Shown here piece after piece: positions 27,001-51,727 of a stretch of DNA of 64,000 bases. Position 1 is the first letter of the stretch. Each line of letters begins with the position of its first letter. This DNA comes from Blastocystis sp. Blastoise (Eukaryota > Protista > Bigyra: Opalinata): NCBI GenBank assembly GCA_039096225.1, contig JBBPEB010000032.1:62001-126000 (forward strand), given 5' to 3'. A model generated the notes under the pieces. It did not search any database. It saw only the letters and a program-made list of their open reading frames with translations, and was not told the origin of the DNA. Both the position numbers and the translations under genes were made by a program.

Positions 27001-30000
27001 TGAATAAATATTGTATTTATTCCAACAGAGATGCTCCTCGTCATGATCCTGCTGATTGGACTATTTATGGTTCTATGGATGGTACTACTTGGACTACTAT
27101 TACTTCTCAATCTAATGTTTCTTGGGAAGAAAGACAACAAAGACAATGTTTCTATGCTCTTGGTTCTACTCAAGCTTATACTAATTATAGAATGAATATT
27201 ACAAAGAATGTTGTTATTATGGATGAAAATAAATATGCTATTTCTGAATGGGAATTCTTAATGATTGATGCTGCTTCTCTTGTTATTCCTCCTTTTAGTT
27301 TCACTCCTTCTAATCTTGTTGCTTATAAGGGTGCTGTTGTTCCTGCTCTTTTAGTTTCTTCTGAATATTATTATGATTTCACTATTTCTCCTGCTCTTCC
27401 TACTGGTCTTTCTATGGATACTTCGAATGGTTATTTCAATGGTGTTGCTACACAACTTCAAAATCCTACTACTTATAGAATTAGTGCTAAGAATATTCAA
27501 GGTATTCCTGTAACAGCTGATATTACTTTCTCTGTAATTGCTTGTTCTTATCCTAATAATCTTTTCAGTCTTGTTTTCACTTTTACTACTTATGCTAATG
27601 AAGCTTCTTGGACACTTAAAGATTCTGCTGGTACTACTGTTGCTTCTCAAACTATGGCTATTAATTATGCTACTCAAACTTATACTTTCTGTAGAGCTGC
27701 TGGTATTTACTCTTTAGTTCTTACTGATAGTTATAATGATGGTTGGGGTGATGGTACTTATAAAGTTATTTTAGAAGATAATAGTATTCTTTCTTCTGGT
27801 ACTCTTGCCTATGGTGAATCTCCTAAGACTCTTTCTCTTAATATTGGTAGAGTTGTAAATTCTGGTAGTGCTACTTGGAAATACTTAAATACTGGTGCTG
27901 AAGCTCCTACTGGATGGAATACTGCTACTTTCTCTGATGCTGCTTGGACTTCTGCTACTTCTGCTACTTTACCTGTTCCTACTGGTACTACTCAATATTA
28001 TAGAACTACTTTCACTCTTGCTACTATTGATCCTGCTTATGCTGGTCTTGATGTTGGTGCTACTACTTATGCTGGTATGATCATTTATCTTAATGGCCAA
28101 GAAATTCGTAGAATTAATATGCCTGCTGGTGCTGTCAACTATAATACATTAGCTACTTCTATTCTATCTAATCCTATGACATTTACTGGCTCAATTAGTC
28201 TTGTTGGTTCTACTATTCTTACTACTGGTACTAATGTTATTGCTATTGAAATTCATAAGAAAGATACACTTCCTGCTTCTAATGTATTTGATGGCTATGC
28301 TTCTTTTATCGCTTCTGGTGAATATAGAGTTCTTGATGGTGTTAGTTCTTCTGATGTTGAAAAGACTGGATTTGAAGGTATTGAGCAAATGTTTGATAAT
28401 AATATTCAAACTAAGATGTTTACTGGTCCTAGATGTGTTGGTGCCTGGTTCCAATGGACTTATAATCAAGGTCGTAGAGAATTCATTAATCAATATAAAG
28501 TAACAAATGCTAATGATTGTAATCAAAGACATCCTTCTGCTTGGAGAATTGAAGGTTCTAATGATGGTACTACTTGGACTTTATTACATTATGCTCGTAA
28601 TCAAATGTTTACTTCTTTCAAACAAACTTTCAATTATGATTTCTATGCTGCTCAACCTTATAATACTTTTAGAATGGTTGTTACTGAATGTTCTAATACT
28701 CCTCTTGATAATCTTAATTGTGGTGAAGGTAAGATTCAATTAGCTGAATTAGGTTTCTATATTTCTAATACTCCTGCTGCTTGTGCTGCTTCTGGTACTT
28801 GGGGACCTGCTCCTGAAGGTGGTTTCTCCTTCCAAGAATGTCCTATTGGTTATACTGGTATTAGAAGAAGAGGTTGTACTGCTGGTGTTTTTGGTGAAGA
28901 ACAAAATCTTTGTGATCTCATTGCTCCTACTGGTTTCAGTTATACTGGATCTCCTTTCACTTTCCATAAGAGTGTTCCTGTTAATATATCTCCCGTTATT
29001 AATGGTGCTGCTTTAACTGTTACTATTACTCCTTCTCTTCCTTCTGGTCTTACTATTAATCCTACTACTGGTTCTATTACTGGTACTCCTCTTGCTAATG
29101 CTGTTCTTACTACTTATACTGTTACTGCTACTAATACTGCTGGTTCTGTTACTACTACTGTTATGATGCAAATTGATACTGCTTCTTGTGCTGCTGATGG
29201 TACTTGGCCTATTACTGAAGCTGGTCAACAAGCTACTTTAGCTTGTTTAGATACTATTAATTATGAAGGTTCTAGAACTAGATTATGTCAAGTTGGTTAT
29301 CCTGCTGTTTGGGGTTCTGTTGTTGATGGTTGTCAATTAAAGATGCCTACTATTATGTATTCTACTACTACTATTAATGGCTATAAGAGTGATGCTATTA
29401 CTCCTATTATTGCTACTGTTACTGGTGGTAGTCTTAATCCTCTTACTATTGCTCCTTCTCTTCCTACTGGTTTATCTTTCAATGCTCAAAATGGTCAAAT
29501 CTCTGGTACTCCTGTTGCTGCTTCTACTTCTTCTTATACTGTAACTGCTTCTAATGCTAGAGGTCAAGCTACTGCTGTTATTACTATTACTATCAATGTT
29601 GTCAACTGCCCTCTTGATGGTATTTGGCCTGCTACTGAAAGAACTACTACTGCTTATGTTGCTTGTCCTACTGGTCAATCTGGTATCCAAAGTCGTGTTT
29701 GCCAAAATGCTGGTGTTGGTGTTGCTACTTGGCAAGTTGCTGATAGTACTAACTGTTTTACTTATGATTCTAAAGAAAATCCTGGTGAAAATAAGATCTT
29801 TATTAATGTTCCTATTAAACTTGAAGGACTCACTGAAGCTGCTTTTAAGACTCCTTCTACTACTGAAGTCTTCAGAACTATTATTGTTCAAGCTCTTACT
29901 GCTTATTCTATTCCTTCTTCTGGTGTAAAGATCATTGGTGTTTCTGGTGTATCTACTTATGCTGCTGGTGTTGTTGCTAATGTCAGAATTACTGCTAATG

Positions 30001-30347
30001 ATGCTGATAAAGATAAGGTTAAGAATGATATGAATGCTTATTGTAGTGGTGCTAATTCTGCTCTTCTTAATGCTTGTAGATCTAGTCCTGATGCTAACCT
30101 TAAGACCATTACTGGTACTACTGTTAATGGTGAAATTACTACTAAGGGTAATTCTCTTTCTACTGGTATTATTATTCTTATTGTTGTTTTAGTCATTCTT
30201 GTTGTTGCTATTATTGCTGTTGTTGCTTTCTGTGTCTTTATTCGTACTAAAGGTAAGAATAGCAAGAAGGGCAAGAAGTTAGGTGCTAATAAGAAGACTT
30301 CTGAAAAACCTAAAGCTGCTACTAATAGTAAAGCTGTTAAGGTTTAA
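24093..30347 (+). CDS. ~1,952-aa type I membrane adhesin-like surface protein (discoidin/F5-8C-like, putative Ig and HormR-like repeats), 5 exons
   Basis: Exons 24093-24141, 24239-24586, 24640-24910, 25059-25118 and 25217-30347 sum to 5,859 nt in frame. Signal peptide MRSVLFVLLSVLFIYTASAQ; PxxWxIxGSxDGxxW motifs; LPxGLxxNxxTGxIxGTP Ig-like repeats; CxADGxWP...C..G..R.C repeats; TM helix and Lys-rich tail. Confidence 0.88.
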
Positions 30348-30555
30348 TTTTTTTTATTGCTAAATTTTTTTATTTTGAAGAAACAGAAGTTTTATTATAT
30401 ATTGTATTACTTTTTTATATGTTGTCTCATAAATTATGTTTCTTTGCTTATAATTGTATTTAATTTTCATTGTTAAGTATAAGAATAATTATTTTAAAAT
30501 TTAAACACAACTCTTTTGTCACACAATAATTTTTATTAATGATAAAATATTATTA

Positions 30556-32186
30556 TTAATGATTACTTTCAATCATAGGTTTTGAAAGGATAAATATACT
30601 GATTAGAGAGCCTAATTGAATAGACTCTTGGCATGAAGAAGCAAGACGATATCTAGTATAATATATAGAATAGTATAAAAATGTATATACTCGTACATAA
30701 TTACATATAAAACAATATATATATATATATACTCTAGATCTGCTAGTTGTTTATATAAATAGATTTGAACTTGAGGAGGTAATTCTAATTGTTGAACTTT
30801 TTTACTAATTAATGGAACTATATCTTGAAGTGCAAATTGATGTGATTCTTTGATTTCTGATATTTTCTTCATTGCTTCATTGAAAGAGGATTGTAATAAA
30901 GTATCCATAATACTTTGAATAATCACGGGAGAAGGTGAACCTGAACATAAATATACATTCTCTTGATTTACTATAGGAAAAGCCATGTGAGTTGCTTATA
31001 TATGGTTATAATAATAATAAGTTTAATAATAATAAATAGAATAATAAATATAATAAATATAATAAATATAATAAATATATATACTTGAAGAAGATTGATT
31101 ACTTTTCTCATGTCTCCTTCGCATAATTCTAATAACGCGTTGATACCATCTTCTGTGATATTTATACTATATAGAACATAGTATATATACTATAAATATT
31201 GAAAAATAAAATAAATAGCGACAATTGAATTATAAGTTTCATACTGTTCTTGATTAATAATTGTATCCACACGAGATCGTATTTTTGTGACATTTAACGG
31301 TGCGAAACGGAAGCGAGTCAATAAATAAAGGACAATTATTATTCAATAAAATATATTCATAATAATAAAATAATATATATATAAACAGAATAAGATTCAA
31401 ATATAATATATAGAGAAGGATATGTACAACGACTTTGAAGTGCAGGAATAATATTACTCACATAATTACAGATTAAACAAAAACGAGTATTCTGACTATA
31501 TTTCTCAATAACTAATATATATAATAGTATATATAATAATAAAGATTAATAGAATAAAATCAATAGAATAATAAAATAAATAGAATAAAAATAAATAAAT
31601 AAAAAAAGCAAATAAATAATAAAAACAAATAAAAAAAAAATAACAATAGAAATACTTCTACGAAGTGCAAATTGTGCTACATTTGTCATATTATCAGCTT
31701 CATCTAATATAATCAATTTAACACCTGAACTATATATAATATTATCAAGAAAATTTATATATATTCAAGAAAAAAAATTATCTATTCAATATACCTAAAG
31801 AGTTTCTGAGTTCCTGCGAAGTTTTTTATTTGATCACGAACAACATCAATACCACGATCATCTGAAGCATTTAATTCTAGAGTCATTGATTTATAGTTTG
31901 AACCATACATCTTTCGAGCACAAGCTAAAATAGTTGTTGTTTTTCCTGTTCCTGGTGGACCATGAAATAGAAGATGTGGTAATTTCTTATTTTCAATCAA
32001 TTTATTAATTGTAGAAAGGATATCATCATGAGATACAATCTCTTCAAATTCAGTAGGTCTGTATTTTTCAACCCAAGGCAAACCTTGAACATCTTTCTCA
32101 TTTTTAGCGCTCACTTCATCATTTAAACTATTTAAAATTCATTTATATGATCATTCTCAATTTATATACTTCTTCTCAATTTCCAT
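30556..32186 (-). CDS. RFC5: Replication factor C small subunit (human RFC5 / yeast Rfc3 type), multi-exon with one AT-AC intron
   Basis: LPWVEKYRP; Walker A HGPPGTGKT; LELNASDDRGIDVVR; LIILDEAD; ALQSRCT|RFRFAPL; GDMRKVINLLQ; C-terminus LADLEYRLA...IQLGSLI. Confidence 0.93.
31317..31423 (-). other. U12-type (minor spliceosome) AT-AC intron, 107 nt
   Basis: Minus strand: TGT AC|ATATCCTTCTC...AATTGTCCTTTATTTATTGAC|T CGC TTC. 5' site ATATCCTT, branch-like TCCTTTAT and terminal AC. Removal restores SRCTRFRF, and no GT-AG solution does. Confidence 0.92.
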
Positions 32187-32551
32187 AGCTATATTTTTAT
32201 TATTAATAAATGTATTGAAATGAGTCAAATTGAAAAAGAATTATTCTGACTGAAAATTGACTGATTATTTCTTATTATTATATATATTTTTTAAATTCAA
32301 TTTTTGTTGTCATAATGAATTGTTTTTAATTTTAGAATGTTGTTTTATATCTATACATTCATCTAATAATGAATAAAAATGTTTATGAGTTGTCTCATAA
32401 AGAAATGTTAATAATTAGAAATTATATTATGTGTTAAAGCTTATTATATATATTTGAATACATTTATTTATTTTTAAAATAAGAATTCATCAGAATTCAT
32501 ATTGATTACGTTTAAAACAATAGTAATTATTGTTTAAAAAAAAAAGAATAA

Positions 32552-33798
32552 TTATTGAGTGAGAGAGAAATAATAAGAAGGAAATAAATTAGAGAAAAGT
32601 TCTGGAGATACATAATATATGAAGAGATTATGATCATTAATTGTTTTGAGTAATTTTGATTTCTTTTCAATAAATAAACTAGATATATCATTTTGGTGCT
32701 CTCTATAAAAATTATAATAATAAAATACTTTTTTAACAAATAAATAATAAAACAAATAAATGATGAATAATAAAAATAAATAATAAAAAATAAATAATAA
32801 ATAAATAAAAAGCATACAGAATAAGAGAATATTCAATATCACAAGCTGTAGATAGATCCATATTGACCATACCTAAAACAACTTCTATAGTATTATAAAC
32901 AGAAGAAGAAGAAGATATTTTATGAATAGTATTCAATATAATATTTTCTTTATTATGTAATTCATTCATATTCTGAATATAAAAATCATAATAAACAGAG
33001 AATTCTTGTGTAAACATAATAGAATCTAAAGATACAACTGAAAGACTGCTTAAATCATCTGAATTTCGTAATAAAGAATGTATAATAGATGGAGGAATAA
33101 GAAAATAATATAAATGAGGAGCTAAACAAGTAGATTGAAGCTTTTGAATAGATGTCGAATATAACTATATATATATATTTATTGAATAAACTATAAATAT
33201 AACTATATATATATATTTATTGAATAAATTATAAATATAACTATATATATATATTTATTGAATAGATTATAAATATATAAAATACTCTTAATAAGTCTGT
33301 AATAATAAAGAATGTCTTGATTATTTGTGTTGACATATATTTATATATATATAAATAAGTTTTACTATTCTCTGCCACTTGTTTTGGCATTGAAATAGAC
33401 TATAGAATATTTATAAAGTTTTAATATACAATAATAATAAGATATATATTATATATATAAATAGATATATATAAATACAGGATAGGTGTGTGTTTTCTTT
33501 ATAGTTCGTTTGATAAGCCATGCTTCTACTTGTTGTGGTTTCAAATGTAATAAAGAATAAGCAGGAGGATCAGAATAGGGTTTTGTTTTCTTCTTCTTCT
33601 TCTCTTCTTCTACATAATCCATATATTCATATATATCATTAGAATCGAAATATACACTAGAAGTATAATAAGTATCTTCAGGAAGATATATAGGGGGATC
33701 CAAGGAATTCTTAATATATTGATCCATATTATTATTATTAATGTTATCAGCATTGCTAGTATTATTCGTATTATTATTATTATTATTATTCATATTAC

Positions 33799-33832
<34 letters not shown>

Positions 33833-34420
33833 TATATTTTTATTATTATTATTTATATTATTTTTCACATTATTATTAGAGAAGAAATCGTGAAAATCAT
33901 TCGATAAAACATAAGATGAATCATTATTGTTCAAAGGAATTTCTTGTTGATTTTCAGTGGATATCGGAATATGATTTGTAATAGGTGATTTTTCAATAGG
34001 ATATGAATGAAGAGAATCATGATTTGGAGAGGATATTTCAATAGTTTCTGGATAAGAATAATAACTTAAAGTATTTGGGTTATAAGAATCATGATAAGAA
34101 TAACTAGACGGAATATTTTGTCCAAAAACAAATGCATTTTGATTTTTTGAATATTGATTTTGATTAGCTGGAGGAATAAAATGACTATTCACAGACATGG
34201 AAGACTCTGTTATAGGAAACGAAGAGAGAGAGGCAGAACCAACACTACCTTCAAAAATAATTGACAACTCCGATGATGAATGAATACTATGTGAACTATA
34301 AGGAACTCCACTCATTGATTTATTTGATGAAAGAACATGAACATTCAAATCATTATCACTCCATTGAGTTGATTCGGTATAAGGATACGCTGAATATATT
34401 GATGATCTATTCGAACTCAT
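32552..34420 (-). CDS. Hypothetical protein with S/N-rich N-terminus, multi-exon, probably including an 11-nt micro-exon
   Basis: ORF 33449..34420 splices via GT-AG introns to SISMPKQVAEN|NLLR|LYSTSIQKL...MFTQEF...|EHQNDIS...FSLTQ*. No family recognised. Confidence 0.6.
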
Positions 34421-35015
34421 TCTAAGAAATAAGCAGAATTAATAATTTAGATTTATGAAGAAGAATTAGGTTTTTTTAAGAGCAATAAAATACCAAGAAA
34501 AATTCAAAAAAACCCACAAAAAATAATAAATAATTGTGGAAATGTTTTTTTATTTAAATGTTTATAATTAACTGTTCATATAAGGTTAAAATAGATAAAA
34601 TCTAGTTTTGATAATTCTACTTCTCTTATATACACCGTTACACAAATAGAATTGTATATTTAGAAAATCATATTCTTTAATTTCGAAACAACTCAGATTA
34701 AACTACATGATATTTATATATTTTTATTTTGGGCATAAAAAATAAACAAAATTTTAACAACAAACTCAAAGAATTGTGAGAATAATACCATAAAAGCAAA
34801 TTTAACAAGTATTTATATAATTGCTATTATTTAATCAATAAAAAATCATACATATATTAGAGTATACACACATATGTGAAATAGATGTAAAATTAAGATG
34901 ATTTTATAAAACTACATATCTAAAAATAATAAAGAGAGCATATATACAAAAAAAAAACAATTTAAATATATATATACAATAAAAATGAGATTTAAAAAAT
35001 ATGAATAAAAAAAAT

Positions 35016-47875
<12,860 letters not shown>

Positions 47876-48722
47876 ACTGAAAACAAATTGAATCCTATAT
47901 AAATGTAAAGTATAAATAGTTGTAGCATAGTATAGAGTCTTTTTTTACTTTTTATATCACTTATTCAGTTAAGAACGTTGTAAATTGAAGAGAATCTTTA
48001 AAGAATCGAATTGAAAACAAAAAAGAGAAAAACTCTGAAAAAAAAGTCAGCATTTATTGTTATTCATAAAATAATGTTTATTTAGACTCTTGTTATTTGA
48101 AAAACGGTTTATAATGATGACAAAAAGAATTCAAGTTGATAGATGTTATTATGTGAACAGAAAGAAATCACTCAAGTTGATTCTATTACAAATGTTGTTT
48201 TTTTTTAAGATTGATTATGAATTTGATTTTTAAGTTGCTGTCAAATAAAATCATGTATTGTATTTACATGAAGAAGAAGCTTTAGAAGACAAAAGAACAC
48301 ACACATTTTTGAAAATAATTCTAGTTCTATAGTTTTTATGGTCACCGAAATAAATTTTGAAGCATTTATGAACTATTTGCAAATTTTCATGTTCTATAAA
48401 GAACATGAACAACATAAAGGAATTGTGATTTAGTAAATAAAAACAATAAATCATATATATAGAAGATGTATAAATATCCATTGATGTATCCAAGAAATAA
48501 TACTTCCTATCAAGATGAATTACAAGAAAATAAATGAAATTCTGAATTGTTTGAAATAAACACGGGAGAAAAAATGTTCGATTCCCCACAAAAATTCCCT
48601 TTTTTATTATTTCATTACAAAAGAAATTTCTATTTGGAAGGTGTTCAAATATATCAATCTTAGTATATTAACTTGTATTTCTTGTCTAAAATAAATGTGT
48701 TCTTCTATAGACTAATCAAAAA

Positions 48723-49390
48723 ATGGAAGCTGATAAACAAATTACTGGTATGTATCTAGTTTTTATATAGTTTTAGTTTTAAAATATAGAAATTGAGCCA
48801 GAAGTAGTCGAAGAAGTAAAACCTGTTGAAGAAGAAAAGAAAGAAGAAAGTGAACCTGTAGTCGAAGAAGAAAAGAAAGAAGAAGAAAAACCTGTTGAAG
48901 AAGAAAAGAAAGAAGAAGAAAAACCTATTGAAGAAGAAAAGAAAGAAGAAGAAAAACCTATTGAAGAAGAAAAGAAAGAAGAAGAAAAACCTATTGAAGA
49001 AGAAAAGAAAGAAGAAGAAAAACCTGTTGAAGAAGAAAAGAAAGAAGAAGAAAATCCTATTGAAGAAGAAAAGAAAGAAGAAGAAAAACCTAGTGAAGAA
49101 GAAAAGAAAGAAGAAGAAAATCCCTTCCATTTAGCTGAAATAGTGGATACCCCTGTTGGTCGTGGTGTTGTTATTGGTTTACAAGAATTAAAATGTACTG
49201 TTAAAGTTCCTATTAAGTATATCTATATATATATATTATTATTATTAAGTTTTGTCTTTAATATACTATAGAATATATTGTTTATGTTATATATATATAT
49301 ATATATATAGGGGTGAGAAACCTGAGGATCGTCGTACAGCTGTTTGTAATTTTGATGCTGAACAACTTAAAGCTGTTACTATGCCTAAAC

Positions 49391-49439
<49 letters not shown>

Positions 49440-50088
49440 TATATATATAGATTCCTGGTGAATTCCGTGTTCTTCAAGCTAATGTCTTTATCGATGTATA
49501 TATATATATATATATATTATTATTATTATTATTACTTCTATAGCTTGCTGAGTATTTAACTAAAGCTGGTAAAATAAATGAATCTGTTTATATGTTAACT
49601 ACTTCTATTGAACATATTGATTATCAAAACTTAGAACCCGAATTAAAACAAACTGGTATGCAACTTGTATTAATTTGCCTTCTTACTCTTTCTAAGATTT
49701 ACATGACAAATAATTCTTTCGAAGAAGCTCTTAATTGTGCTAATAATGTTTGTACTATTGATCCTACTAATTATTTAGGTGCTGTATATAAATGTAGTGC
49801 TCTTATTTCATTAAATAGACCTATGGAAGCCTTAAATTATGCTACTGAATTACAAAAAGTATACCCTGAAAATGAAAATTTCGCAAAGTTAGTTAAAAAT
49901 ATATCAAATGTTATTGCTCAAATGACAAAAGAAGGTGCTTTTGGTGAGACTCCCGCGGAAAAAACAGCTGAACCCAAACAAGCTCCAAAATCAGCTTTTG
50001 GTAATATATTTGAACAAAAGAAACCAGTTGAACAAGTTAAAGAAGAAACTAAAGTAGTATATTTATATATATATATATATATATATAT

Positions 50089-50147
<59 letters not shown>

Positions 50148-50314
50148 TTATTATTAAATAGCCTGAAGAACCTTCTTCAAATGGAACAAGTATCTATATT
50201 GCTCTTGGTGTGGGTCGTATATATTATAATATTATTATATATATATTATTTAATTTATTTTTTATAGTTGTTGCTGCTGCTCTTTTCTTCTTCAGAAGAT
50301 ATAGATCTCATTAA
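48723..50314 (+). CDS. TPR-repeat protein with acidic repeat N-terminus and C-terminal tail anchor
   Basis: Spliced MEADKQITE|IEPEVVEE...; TPR-like helices (LSKIYMTNNSFEEALNCANNVCTIDPTNYLGAVYKCSALISLNRPMEAL); ends SISIALGVGLVAAALFFFRRYRSH*. Confidence 0.75.
48891..49121 (+). repeat. 33-nt coding tandem repeat (P[VIS]EEEKKEEE[KN] x7, plus 2 degenerate units upstream)
   Basis: cct...gaagaagaaaagaaagaagaagaaaa recurs every 33 nt from 48891. Confidence 0.93.
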
Positions 50315-50737
50315 ATTAATAGAATCATCATAGTACATTTCTACATATTCTAGTCTATTTATACATTGGGGGTTCCTTTCTAATCTATATACATTTATCG
50401 TTTACTGTTTTATCATCCTACTATTTGATTCTTTACATCTATATATTAATTCCTTTTGAATAGATATTTGTTGTTAACTTTTCCATAATAGTTTTGTTAT
50501 TTTATATTAAATGATAATAATTTTAAAATTTAAAAAAAAAATTATATTAATAAACAAAGTATTGACTATGTCGTGAACTAGTTTAAAAAAACAAAAAGAT
50601 AAAGAAAGAAAACAAAGACCAACTGCATAGACTATATTATATAATTACAAGTCTCTCTAGCTATTGAGACATAAAGTAAATAGTAACAATTTGATAAGAA
50701 AAATTCACTGCTATTTTATAAAACTAAGGTATTTCAA

Positions 50738-51727
50738 TTAAAGGGATTTTTCAGTATCAGCCTTCATTCTGATAACAACTTGCTTCATTCTTGTAATATC
50801 TCTTTCATTCTTTTTAGCATCAGTATTGAAATCAACCATCTTAGTGACACGTTCCCAAGGATTAGGTAAATCGTAATCAGCTTTAGTAGATTCAACAAAA
50901 GTTTCTTCAAGTTCTTTATCAGCAGCTAACTTAGAATCGTGTTTAAGTTGTCTAGCTTGATAGAAAGCTTCAATATCTTCTTTAGCTTTTTGAATAGTGG
51001 CCTATATTAAATATAAAATATATTTTATTATACGTATTAAATTATACATATATTTATGTGATATTAATATTTTAGCATCATAATTATTATAATAAAAAAT
51101 TTAAATAAATCAAAATAAAATAATATAAAAGGTTTATAATAATATTAAAAAATAATAAAATAAAAAGTCACATAGAATTTTTAAAATACCAAAATCACAA
51201 AAGTTAATAACTATATTCAAATATATATATAGGCAGCTTTCTTTTCAGCAGAAACACGATCCTTTTCTTCATTTTGTTCTCTGAATTTCATAGTCCATTC
51301 ACGGATGAGTTTGAATTCATCTTCAGTAGGTTGACTATCACCAAGACCAGAAGACATAGATATAGGAGTATCTTCAGTATCACGAGCATCAGCAAAAGGA
51401 TCTTCTTCCTCTTCAACTTCTTCTTCTTCTTCTTCTTCTTCTACTTCCTCAACTTCTTCTTCTTCTTCAACTTCTTCAGTAGCAAAAGGATCTTCTAATA
51501 AAAATATAAATAAAAATATTTTTTTGAGAGATAATCGTTTACTTCTTCGGCAGGAGCAGATTCTATAGAAATAAATATAGATATATATGCATTTTAATTG
51601 ATAATATAAAGAATGAAAGCATAAAGAAAGGATAATTAAATAAAATTATTAGACAATTGTATTTATTCTTCAAATATAAGATTAAAAAAAAGTATCACAT
51701 ACCTGTATTGAAAAAATCGTCAGACAT
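50738..51727 (-). CDS. CLC1: Clathrin light chain
   Basis: Acidic N-terminus with DPFA motifs; IREWTMKFREQNEEKD...KAKEDIEAFY; NPWERVTKMVDF; DITRMKQVV. Confidence 0.88.
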
